From Octopus bimaculoides (taxonomy: Eukaryota): a DNA stretch of 36,518 bases. The translations under genes were made by a program, and so were the position numbers. The stretch covers positions 40,969,214 through 41,005,731 of the forward strand of contig NC_069000.1 of assembly GCF_001194135.2 (NCBI RefSeq). The letters are read 5' to 3'. This document shows, one piece after another, positions 10,701-19,655 of the stretch (positions are counted from its first letter, which is position 1; the number at the start of each line of letters is the position of its first letter). The notes below the pieces were generated by a model, which worked only from the letters and a program-made list of their open reading frames with translations, made no database searches and was not told the origin of the DNA.

Positions 10701-13137
10701 TCACCCGAAAAGCAAACTTCAATTCATAGTTCTCGTGTTCCAGATAAAAGATGCTTGAATCTATTTGGTAATTTAAAGACGATTTTGCAGAATTTTCTAG
10801 CAGTTCAAGTGGCAACACAGAGACTCCTTCGTGAGCTCTAAATTCACCCACAAAGTGGATGAGAGGAAGATGAACTCTGAGTTGCACAATTTTTGTGCAT
10901 TGTCACCTACATTTCATGATGTATGAGGTGGTATCGAAAGGTTCCTAAACGCCCTGTGTCCAATAAAAATAATTTATTCACCAAAATTTTAACATCATCT
11001 CCTTCGAAATAGTTACCTTGCGCAGCAAAACACCGGTCCCAGTGTTCCTGCCACTTATGGAATCTGGCCTAGAAGTCGTTCTTCGCAATCGAGTCGAGGG
11101 CCTTCTGCGATTCGCTCTGGATTTTGATAACAGAGTTAAAACGCGACATTTGAGGTGAATTTTCATATTCGGGGGAAAAGATGTAAATCCACAGGTCCTA
11201 AAATTTTATGAATATTGTGAGGAGAGCCCGGCGACTGGGTGCACTCTCCGCGTGAAGGATCCAATTCTTCGCACTTTCACCGAATTTCCTCCCTCAGACG
11301 CTTCAAAATGTCGCAGTAGAACTCCCAATTAACAGTATGGCTCTGGGGGACGAATTCTCGATGCACAATTCCACATTTCCGAGGGTGACGCTTGTGACAG
11401 GACTTCCAAATCACTCATCGTCTTCCAGGGACGATTTTCCGCTTTTGAAGCACCACTCGAAACATTGCGTATGACCCATCGCCTCGTCACCGTAAACTTG
11501 CTGAAGCATGCTCAATGTCTTTGTAGCAGATTTCTCAAGTTCAACGCAAAATTATTTAAAGTTGGCTCTTTGTTTCTGTCCATGACATCATGCATACGAT
11601 CACAAAATCACAAATTTTACACTTGCGAAATAAACACAGTAATGTCACTCGACACACTGCCCCATGAAGGTACTGCTAGCTCTCACTGCGTACGCAACCG
11701 TGTGTAGTGCTCTCACCAAATTCAGAAATTAATCGCAACACCTACGCACACCATGGTTCACTTCTTCAATTAGATCTTACGTAATCCTTATTCATGTACA
11801 TTTTTTTACTAACATTATTCATAAATCGTAATTCTCATATATATAACAGACTATAATGGTAATAGTAATAACATAAGTAACTAGTTAAATTGAAGTTTTA
11901 AATAATAAAAATATCGTTCATTCTGTCTACATGTAATTACGTCTACTGTTTCATGTGATTAAAGTGAACATTTCCACAGAGAACAATAGAATTCAAAGTA
12001 AACGCGTTATAGAATTACATTAAAATTTTTTTTTAAATTAAGGTCAAATTTTCTTGCTATGTTAATGAGATTGCACAGACGTAGACAGGCATATAAGCTT
12101 CATCTCCTTTCACAGTGACAGCCAGTGCGGTTCTCAAGTATCACACCATCTGTAGCGATACAAGTGTTTTCTGATGTCTTACGGAATGTATTAAAGTGGT
12201 CTAGGTTAAAGATGCGTCCCTTCCGTTTTGCTCGATTTTTCGAGAGTAATTCGGAAAAGCTTTTGACGAGTTTGTAATTAGAAAGCAAGTTTCTTACTTG
12301 TGCTTTACAGCTGGTCTTGTAGTTTATGTTATAGAATATTTTCCAGTTTAGGATGTTAGGATGATGTATTCTCATTCGTGTAATTTGGATTATATTAGTT
12401 ATGTTATGTTGTAATATTTGATTGCTGAAAGTTTGTACAATTATGTTATTGAATATATTTTCTGCAGTATTTATCACATCATTTGCACTGCCGATGCCTT
12501 TCTGTATATTTCTATCTTATATTTGTCTACACTGACTAGAATGCACTGTTTCTATGTAATAGGGTTGTCTCGTCCTGCAACGGGGTAGATGTGTTATGAT
12601 TGATCATATTTTCATAAAATTTGAGATCGATGCTTGGGTTGAACTGATTAGTAGTAAAGTGTATATTTCAGCATGTGTGTGAGTATTTGAATTTGAGAGC
12701 CGTCTCTTTTCGAATGAATATAGAGATAGTCCATCGTTGCAGTAGTTTTTATTAGCATTATTGAAATATTGTTGTTATTGTTATAAACTTCCTTTTTTTT
12801 TCTTCACTATTTTCGTTAAGCTTTCTGCTATATGTTTATTTATTTCGACATTTATTTTCCTTTTCTTTCTAGGCCCGAAGTCAGTTGCTCTAGTATAACG
12901 CAGATAGATTTTTGTACGTATGCCGGAGTCAGTAATGTATGGACTCCTTTTCAAGCATCTTTCTCTCAGTGTGACAAAATTAAAATAGAGTACCGTACAT
13001 GCCAGTCAACAAAACTAGATTTATGTCCTTGTGAAGGAGATCCATTTAAGATACAAAGTTGCCCGGGACAAATGATCACACCTGACGGCATCGAAATATT
13101 TATATATGATCAAATGTTTGGAGGTGTGATGTTATAA
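323..13137 (+). CDS. Gene A: animal heme peroxidase-family protein (5'-partial), predicted catalytically inactive, with C-terminal TSP1-like module. Exons 323-341, 1140-1243, 2679-2774, 3161-3217, 5528-5972, 7527-7721, 9574-9734, 10257-10356, 12873-13137
   Basis: Manual splicing at AG/GT sites gives one open frame (1442 nt) with peroxidase landmarks: EVCCD, CMPYFR, NDVTHVIDAS, ENPLLMAIYHVFLREYNK, FQHITYNEYLPMLLG, DFLSGMFTE, EGDRFYYEN, QLAEIRKVTMAQLLCRN. Exon phases match paralogue B. Confidence 0.92.
1140..1243 (+). CDS. Gene A exon, SCLGIATNDPHDGRNCSPCMPYFRPLLTNNISCEG
   Basis: tttcag| ... G|gtaagt, 104 nt. Matches the peroxidase C..I...DP....CM.Y.R segment and gene B 28789-28898. Confidence 0.9.
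2679..2774 (+). CDS. Gene A exon, Ca2+-loop region GINHGINDVTHVIDASFMFHDTHLETNLMNAD
   Basis: ctgtacag| ... G|gtgagt, 96 nt. Matches the N.xTSxxDAS motif. Confidence 0.9.
3161..3217 (+). CDS. Gene A exon, GKFNLNSGFLPQAGNKFKGG
   Basis: atttcag| ... G|gtaaga, 57 nt. Same length as gene B 27731-27787 (GKFDLTTGFLSKTGVKFSGG). Confidence 0.88.
3350..3454. repeat. (GT)n microsatellite
   Basis: Seen directly. Confidence 0.95.
3560..4560 (+). mobile_element. Decayed Penelope-like retroelement, C-terminal part (IWF..PF..segment and GIY-YIG endonuclease)
   Basis: Broken frames read ETIWFIVPFAKQIKGNLVGNLYKLFSKHF, YIGATQNYIK and FIWDLKDK...VEWEIISK...CFLCLEE...LVN. These follow the order of PLE motifs (IWFNPP..K..KTNIG, YIG.TE..FK.R, W.I......C.LCL.EK). 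Stops and frameshifts are present. Confidence 0.75.
5528..5972 (+). CDS. Gene A large exon (proximal helix region)
   Basis: ttctag| ... AA|gtatgt, 445 nt. Overlaps ORF 5560..6018 and encodes VGDTISENPLL...HVFLREYNK...FQHITYNEYLP...SFSLAYELVVASMLRE. Confidence 0.93.
6300..6527 (-). repeat. Octopus-type SINE-like interspersed repeat (family 1, head GGCGGCGAGCT..)
   Basis: Shares AAGTCGATT.ATCGACC.CAGTG.ATAACTGGTACTTATTTAATCGA core with copies at 19300, 20225, 21713 and 35795. Confidence 0.8.
6560..7186 (+). mobile_element. Possible non-autonomous Helentron-associated (HINE/DINE-like) element ending in (CA)n
   Basis: Contains 'ccaaaattcattaaaatctgttggatgatgtgggaggagtt' followed by (CA)n, a layout I associate with such elements. 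No protein evidence. Confidence 0.3.
7113..7186. repeat. (CA)n microsatellite
   Basis: Seen directly. Confidence 0.95.
7527..7721 (+). CDS. Gene A exon, NKIPCAFRNNCNFSDVVATVTQDTRFYGIPPYIVWL...
   Basis: tttcag| ... AT|gtgagt, 195 nt. Not in the ORF track. Aligns with the DLxxxNxQRxRDHGLPxY segment and gene B 24746-24940. Confidence 0.9.
9574..9734 (+). CDS. Gene A exon, SVFDVDFLSGMFTE...EGDRFYYENVNEFQS
   Basis: ttgcag| ... A|gtaagc, 161 nt. Contains the GDRFYYE motif. Confidence 0.92.
10257..10356 (+). CDS. Gene A exon, NQLAEIRKVTMAQLLCRNVVNLDQVKQFAFNKTS
   Basis: tttcag| ... TC|gtgagt, 100 nt. Contains the QL.EI.K.....LLC.N motif. Confidence 0.92.
10922..11748 (-). mobile_element. Internally deleted mariner (Tc1/mariner) element
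   Basis: The minus strand reads CVELEKSATKTLSMLQQVYG..QCFEW..SLEDDE, then jumps to GIVHREFVPQSHTVNWEFYCDILKRLRE and ends KWQEHWDRCFAAQGNYFEGD. One end is TATGAGGTGGTATCGAAAGGTTCC at 10922. The other TIR is degenerate near 11748. Confidence 0.88.
12873..13137 (+). CDS. Gene A last coding exon: end of peroxidase domain plus TSP1-like Cys-rich module
   Basis: ttctag|G CCC GAA... ending in TAA. Overlaps ORF 12832..13137. All Cys align with gene B's last exon. Confidence 0.88.
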
Positions 13138-13186
13138 TGTCGTTCACTCGAATTTGATGTTCTATGATCAATGTTTCTTTATGTCT

Positions 13187-13888
13187 NNNNNNNNNNNNNN
13201 NNNNNNNNNNNNNNNNNNNNNNNNNNNNNNNNNNNNNNNNNNNNNNNNNNNNNNNNNNNNNNNNNNNNNNNNNNNNNNNNNNNNNNNNNNNNNNNNNNNN
13301 NNNNNNNNNNNNNNNNNNNNNNNNNNNNNNNNNNNNNNNNNNNNNNNNNNNNNNNNNNNNNNNNNNNNNNNNNNNNNNNNNNNNNNNNNNNNNNNNNNNN
13401 NNNNNNNNNNNNNNNNNNNNNNNNNNNNNNNNNNNNNNNNNNNNNNNNNNNNNNNNNNNNNNNNNNNNNNNNNNNNNNNNNNNNNNNNNNNNNNNNNNNN
13501 NNNNNNNNNNNNNNNNNNNNNNNNNNNNNNNNNNNNNNNNNNNNNNNNNNNNNNNNNNNNNNNNNNNNNNNNNNNNNNNNNNNNNNNNNNNNNNNNNNNN
13601 NNNNNNNNNNNNNNNNNNNNNNNNNNNNNNNNNNNNNNNNNNNNNNNNNNNNNNNNNNNNNNNNNNNNNNNNNNNNNNNNNNNNNNNNNNNNNNNNNNNN
13701 NNNNNNNNNNNNNNNNNNNNNNNNNNNNNNNNNNNNNNNNNNNNNNNNNNNNNNNNNNNNNNNNNNNNNNNNNNNNNNNNNNNNNNNNNNNNNNNNNNNN
13801 NNNNNNNNNNNNNNNNNNNNNNNNNNNNNNNNNNNNNNNNNNNNNNNNNNNNNNNNNNNNNNNNNNNNNNNNNNNNNNNNNNNNNNNN
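13187..13888. other. Assembly gap (N run)
   Basis: N bases. Confidence 1.
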
Positions 13889-14287
13889 ACATACATAAAG
13901 TTTCATAAATATACACATGCGTTACGTGCATGCCTGTACGTGGTCATACAACTATACTGTTTTTATATGAATCTTTAATTATTTTTGCATGTTTTTCTCG
14001 ATAGGAAATCGTAATTTGATGATCCTAACATGGTGAAAAAAAAAAAAAAAAATTGGGAGCCTATCAGTATATATTTAAATTCTTGTCTTTTGATATTTCT
14101 CTTTCATTCTTCTCCATGTCGCAACGTGTCTTGTGACCATACCTTGAGACCAAACTAACACTCTGACAAATTCTGCACAAAGACAACAGAACAGATTTTG
14201 TAAGAATCAATTAATAATAGGATAAATAAATTTTCGTCTCAATGTATTGAGTGCTTTGTTGTGTTGCCGTTCCAAAGGAGACTAGAC

Positions 14288-14327
<40 letters not shown>

Positions 14328-15591
14328 TGCTAATTATATACTCATGAACTTTACTGTACATTTGTGTCCTTGTTACAATAACTTCTGCCTTTCATTGGGG
14401 TTTCATGTTGTGATACCTTCTCACAGGTGCACCGTATTCACTCTCCTCCTCATTTGGAAAGTTCGACATATTATGACAGTTTCATTATATTTGATGCCCT
14501 CTAATTATCATTCTTCTTTCTCGATTTGATGACTTTAATCTCTTAAGATTGGTGACCAGGCAGGTTGATATATAAATGCACAAAGTTGTTATGATCATTT
14601 GAATGATATTTGTTGAGAAATTAGCAACGTCTTATGTATGAATTTTCCGTTTGTTGTCTTTCTACCTACATTAGCAATGTCCTATGTGTGAATTTTCCGT
14701 TTATGTTTCTACTTGAATTTTTGAAATACTCACACACACACACACACACACACAACTGAAGTCCCCTATGATTACGGGTGTAAATCTGAAGTTTAGATCT
14801 TGGTATGCATAGTAGGTGTAAATTTCTCAGTAGTTCAGCGTAGATACTGTTTTTCCATGAATCTTTAGCTTTATGATAACATTCACCAGGTAACTGATTT
14901 CTCACTACTCTACACAATTTCTCTTTCTTATCTCCAATCAATATGGCGAGTCTATTATGTTTGTATTGTGTGTGCGTAATTTAGGCCGTCTTCACATCAT
15001 TTTGGTTTTTGCAGTGAATCCTTTCCATTCATCAGTATTTCTATGGGGGGGGGGCGGATATGTCACATGTGGCTCACACGCCAGAACGCATTTAGGGTGC
15101 CTGTTTGTGTATGATGGTTGGGTGCTATAGAATCTGTAGCTTAGAAGTCAGAGGTTTTTACTTTACTTGATGGAATACATATCACACACACACACTCACA
15201 CACACACACACACACACACACAAAGACACACATACACAGACACGCGCGCGCGCGCGCGCGCACACACACACACACACACAATAAAACAAACTATTTTAAT
15301 TTCTGATACTATTTACATTCCATTGTTCCAGCAATTCCTTGGTGACTAATTTTTGTCATGTTAATAAAGCAGTCCGTTATTAACGATCTAGCATCCATGA
15401 AAATTGTCTCATCAAAACTTTTATATATAAAAGAAATTCGAAGAAGCAATTTGTTATTCCGCTTCAATACAGGACATTCCGGTACGGCTATTATATTCTT
15501 GATAAAATAATAAATCTTAGTTCTGCCCTATGTAACTATTCCTGAACGTCCTGTATTTAAGGGATATAATCGATTCTTTGTGTGTGTTCTA

Positions 15592-15790
15592 TTTACTCTT
15601 TTACTCTTTTACTTGTTTCAGTCATTTGACTGCGGCCATGCTGTAGCACCACCTCTAGTCGAGTAAATCGACCCCAGGACTTATTCTTTGTAAGCCTAGT
15701 ACTTATTCTATCGGTCTCTTTTGCCGAACCGCTAAGTTACGGGAATGTAAACAGAACAGCATCGCATGTCAAGCGATGCTGGGGAACAAA
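15592..15790 (-). repeat. Octopus-type SINE (family 2), 3' portion
   Basis: GCCATGCT..AGCACC.CCT.TAGTCGA..AAATCGA.CC.AG..AAGCCTAGTACTTATT is shared with 20540-20893 and, in reverse, with 27405-27545. Confidence 0.75.
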
Positions 15791-15814
15791 CACAGACACA
15801 CAAACACAAACACA

Positions 15815-16564
15815 NNNNNNNNNNNNNNNNNNNNNNNNNNNNNNNNNNNNNNNNNNNNNNNNNNNNNNNNNNNNNNNNNNNNNNNNNNNNNNNNNNNNNN
15901 NNNNNNNNNNNNNNNNNNNNNNNNNNNNNNNNNNNNNNNNNNNNNNNNNNNNNNNNNNNNNNNNNNNNNNNNNNNNNNNNNNNNNNNNNNNNNNNNNNNN
16001 NNNNNNNNNNNNNNNNNNNNNNNNNNNNNNNNNNNNNNNNNNNNNNNNNNNNNNNNNNNNNNNNNNNNNNNNNNNNNNNNNNNNNNNNNNNNNNNNNNNN
16101 NNNNNNNNNNNNNNNNNNNNNNNNNNNNNNNNNNNNNNNNNNNNNNNNNNNNNNNNNNNNNNNNNNNNNNNNNNNNNNNNNNNNNNNNNNNNNNNNNNNN
16201 NNNNNNNNNNNNNNNNNNNNNNNNNNNNNNNNNNNNNNNNNNNNNNNNNNNNNNNNNNNNNNNNNNNNNNNNNNNNNNNNNNNNNNNNNNNNNNNNNNNN
16301 NNNNNNNNNNNNNNNNNNNNNNNNNNNNNNNNNNNNNNNNNNNNNNNNNNNNNNNNNNNNNNNNNNNNNNNNNNNNNNNNNNNNNNNNNNNNNNNNNNNN
16401 NNNNNNNNNNNNNNNNNNNNNNNNNNNNNNNNNNNNNNNNNNNNNNNNNNNNNNNNNNNNNNNNNNNNNNNNNNNNNNNNNNNNNNNNNNNNNNNNNNNN
16501 NNNNNNNNNNNNNNNNNNNNNNNNNNNNNNNNNNNNNNNNNNNNNNNNNNNNNNNNNNNNNNNN
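15815..16564. other. Assembly gap (N run)
   Basis: N bases. Confidence 1.
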
Positions 16565-16589
16565 TATATATATATATATATATATATAT

Positions 16590-16636
<47 letters not shown>

Positions 16637-16750
16637 CATACATACATACATACATAAATATATATATATATATACATATACATACATACATATACATACA
16701 CACACACGCATACACATATATACATTTATACATATACACATATATATATA
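16565..16750. repeat. Compound (TA)n/(GATA)n/(CATA)n microsatellite
   Basis: Seen directly, adjacent to a gap. Confidence 0.95.
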
Positions 16751-16817
16751 TTCTATATACTATTTTAATTCTTTTCTATACTTTATAAATCAACATTATA
16801 TATAGAAAAACATTACA

Positions 16818-16882
<65 letters not shown>

Positions 16883-16909
16883 TTACTATCACTGCTGCTG
16901 CTGCTGCTG
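16818..16909. repeat. (TAC)21 and (CTG)6 triplet repeats just downstream of the gene B stop
   Basis: (TAC)n 16818-16880 and (CTG)6 16892-16909, counted directly. Confidence 0.95.
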
Positions 16910-16930
16910 TTGCTAATCCTTGCATTGCTC

Positions 16931-17273
16931 TTATTTATTGGTCATTTCCTCAAATAGAAATTGCGCTCTTTCCATGAGCTTCTCGTAGTTATCCTTATAC
17001 GCCAGAGATTGCGCATCATTTCCCATCCTCATCTCTAAGAATCGATAGATGAGCTGCATTTCAGGAGTTGTAATTTGATTTGGGCAGCTCTCTATTTTAA
17101 ACGGACTACCAATGCAAGGACATGCATCTACTCTGCTTGACTGACATTTCCGGGCTTGTATCTGGAAAAATCTACATGTACCAGGAGCGATTCTAAAAGC
17201 AGTCCAAGTCGAAGCAACACCATGATACTTACAAAAATCTATTTCGGGTATTGTAGAACAATCGACATCACCC
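16931..17273 (-). CDS. Gene B last coding exon: end of peroxidase domain, TSP1-like module and helical tail
   Basis: ttctag|G GGT GAT... ending in TAA. Overlaps ORF 16931..17308. Confidence 0.9.
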
Positions 17274-19454
17274 CTAGAAACAATAAAAATGACAATAAAT
17301 AAATGCACAGTGTAAAGATAAACAATAATGAAAAAACGCTAGAAGAAATGAGAAGTAAAGATTAAGAATGATAAAAACAGCAACTACAATAATTGCGACT
17401 AGAAGAAACATAAATAATTCACTTGCTTGTTCTTATTAAAGTATACGCACGTATACACATACAGAGCTATGCAAAAGCACAACTACACATTTCTATTATT
17501 CAATTCAACCCGGACACAGTTCACAAATTACATGTAAAAACATGATCAACGATGAAACATCTAAACCCCGGAGGACATGACAGTAACTTTATTATATGGA
17601 AACAGTTAATTCCAGTCAGTGTAGACAAATATAAATAACAAATATACAGAATGGTATCGGCAATAAAAATGATGTCATACATACTACAAAGTATACATAC
17701 AATAAAATAATGTAGAAATTTTCAACAATTATATATTACAACGTAGCATAAGCAATAATCTAAATTACACGAATGAAATTGTCCGTCGGATAGAAGACAG
17801 GAACAACACCGAATACATCATACAAACACATACAACAGAAATAAACTGGAAAATATTTGTTTATAACATAGAATGCGAGACAAACTATAAAATACAAAAT
17901 AAACTATTAACATCAATTACTCTAAGGCCGGCTACAACATACCATATATGTGAAAAATAATAAATTCCAGACTCACATTCTCATAGCAAATTTGTCAAAT
18001 ACTTCTTAATTGTTTTCGAAAAACCGCACAAATTGCAAGAAACGCATCTATATCGCATAGAGCCCCGTCAATGTGACCGGTGTAGTAGGTGATGACCGGC
18101 TTGTACTGAGCGGAAGATCGTAGCTTAAATGAGTGTCAGTAATGTGGCTGTTATCACATTAACGTAACATCGGAATTTGACCTTAAAATCTATTTTACAT
18201 TGTTCGATGGCTGCTATGCTGTGCACCAATTTGAAGGGTTTAATCTAAGTAATCAACCTCGGAACTTACAAGAATTCTACGTTCACATGAATTCATTGCA
18301 CTGGAATGGTTGAATAGTACGTAATTTCCGATATATAATATGCATGAAATTTGAGCATAATTGTCTGTATAATTTTATTTCAGAGAATAATTAAGGAAAC
18401 AAGAGATTAAAAATAATCATTATTGCTTATAATGATGAAGTGAATACTCACGAAGCCAATTCAAAAGCTTTTTCTTTTACTTTATCTAAGTTGTCTATGT
18501 TACGACACAAGAGAAGAGCCATAGATGTTTTTTTTATCTCTGCAAGTTGGTCTGAAATACGAAATGAAAGAAAATAAAGGTTAAAAGAAATTGTAGAACA
18601 TCGAATTACAAAGAACAAAAATTAAAAAAAAAGCTACAGTGTATTTCATATCATTATAGAATACAAAAATATTATATACAAAAATGAAACAAAAACCAAA
18701 AAGAAAACTTGGAAAGACAAGTGGCAAAGTTTATTGCCGAATCAAATTGTTTTTTACCCCAGTTCCTGCAATTTCAAACAAAACAACGACGATACTAGTT
18801 TAGCAGTATTAAAACTCTTTCTATTTTATTTAATCAAACAAAATCGTTTATATTCATATCTAATATCTAATGTATATGTTACTTTCTCTTACGTTCTGGA
18901 ATCAAGCCTTGCCTGAATCCATTATTCCATCTATGCTCTAAAAAACAAAGAAAATTGAATGCATGTACGAAGATCAGATCATTCAACTACGAACCCCATC
19001 TCTGTAAATATGTCACCTTATCTTCTACCGAAACCCTGGAAATGTTTAAGTAGAAGTTAATAATCCTTTCAACTGTGGACACAAGACTTGGCATTTTGGG
19101 AGGCAAGAAAATATTCAACATAACTTGTTCACTATTATTCTCCCCTCTCTCTTACTCTTCCAAATACAAGCAAACACATGGACACACGCGAAAACATGCT
19201 TTCTTCCCACCCGCATCGAATCTTTCCAACGTTGAAATATCTTTGCAAGGAGGAGATACCACCAAGTAAATTGCAATATACAACAGCAACAATAATAAAG
19301 GCTTCAAATTTTGCCACAAGGGCAGCTTGCGGGAGGTGGGGATGAGTCGATTACATCGACCCCCAGTGTTCAACTGGTACTTATTTAATCGATCCCGAAA
19401 TGTTCAAAGCAAAGTCGACTTCGGCAGAATCTGAACTCAGTTCGCCGCCTTAAT

Positions 19455-19490
<36 letters not shown>

Positions 19491-19603
19491 AATAATAATA
19501 ATAATAATAATAATGATATGAACTTCTAACTTGTTGTCTCTTGAGGTCTCTGCGTGAGACTTGGATCCAACTTGTACAAATGCAAAGCAAAAGTCAAACA
19601 TAA

Positions 19604-19655
<52 letters not shown>

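Noticed and set aside
10690-10887. Helitron/PIF1 helicase trace (ELKFAFRVTIY resembling LxLAFAMTIN)
   Set aside because: It is a single short motif with no supporting KSQG or other helicase motifs.
13100-16741. Long ORFs of 240-335 aa in the track (also those at 21431-23135, 32534-33186 and 34446-35564)
   Set aside because: They are artefacts of translating through N gaps and flanking dinucleotide repeats.
17266-17276. RGD integrin-binding motif in ORF 16931..17308 (IVSRGD), attractive because peroxinectins use RGD/KGD
   Set aside because: The Arg codon AGG includes the intron's acceptor AG. After splicing the sequence reads ...LAS-GD, so there is no RGD.
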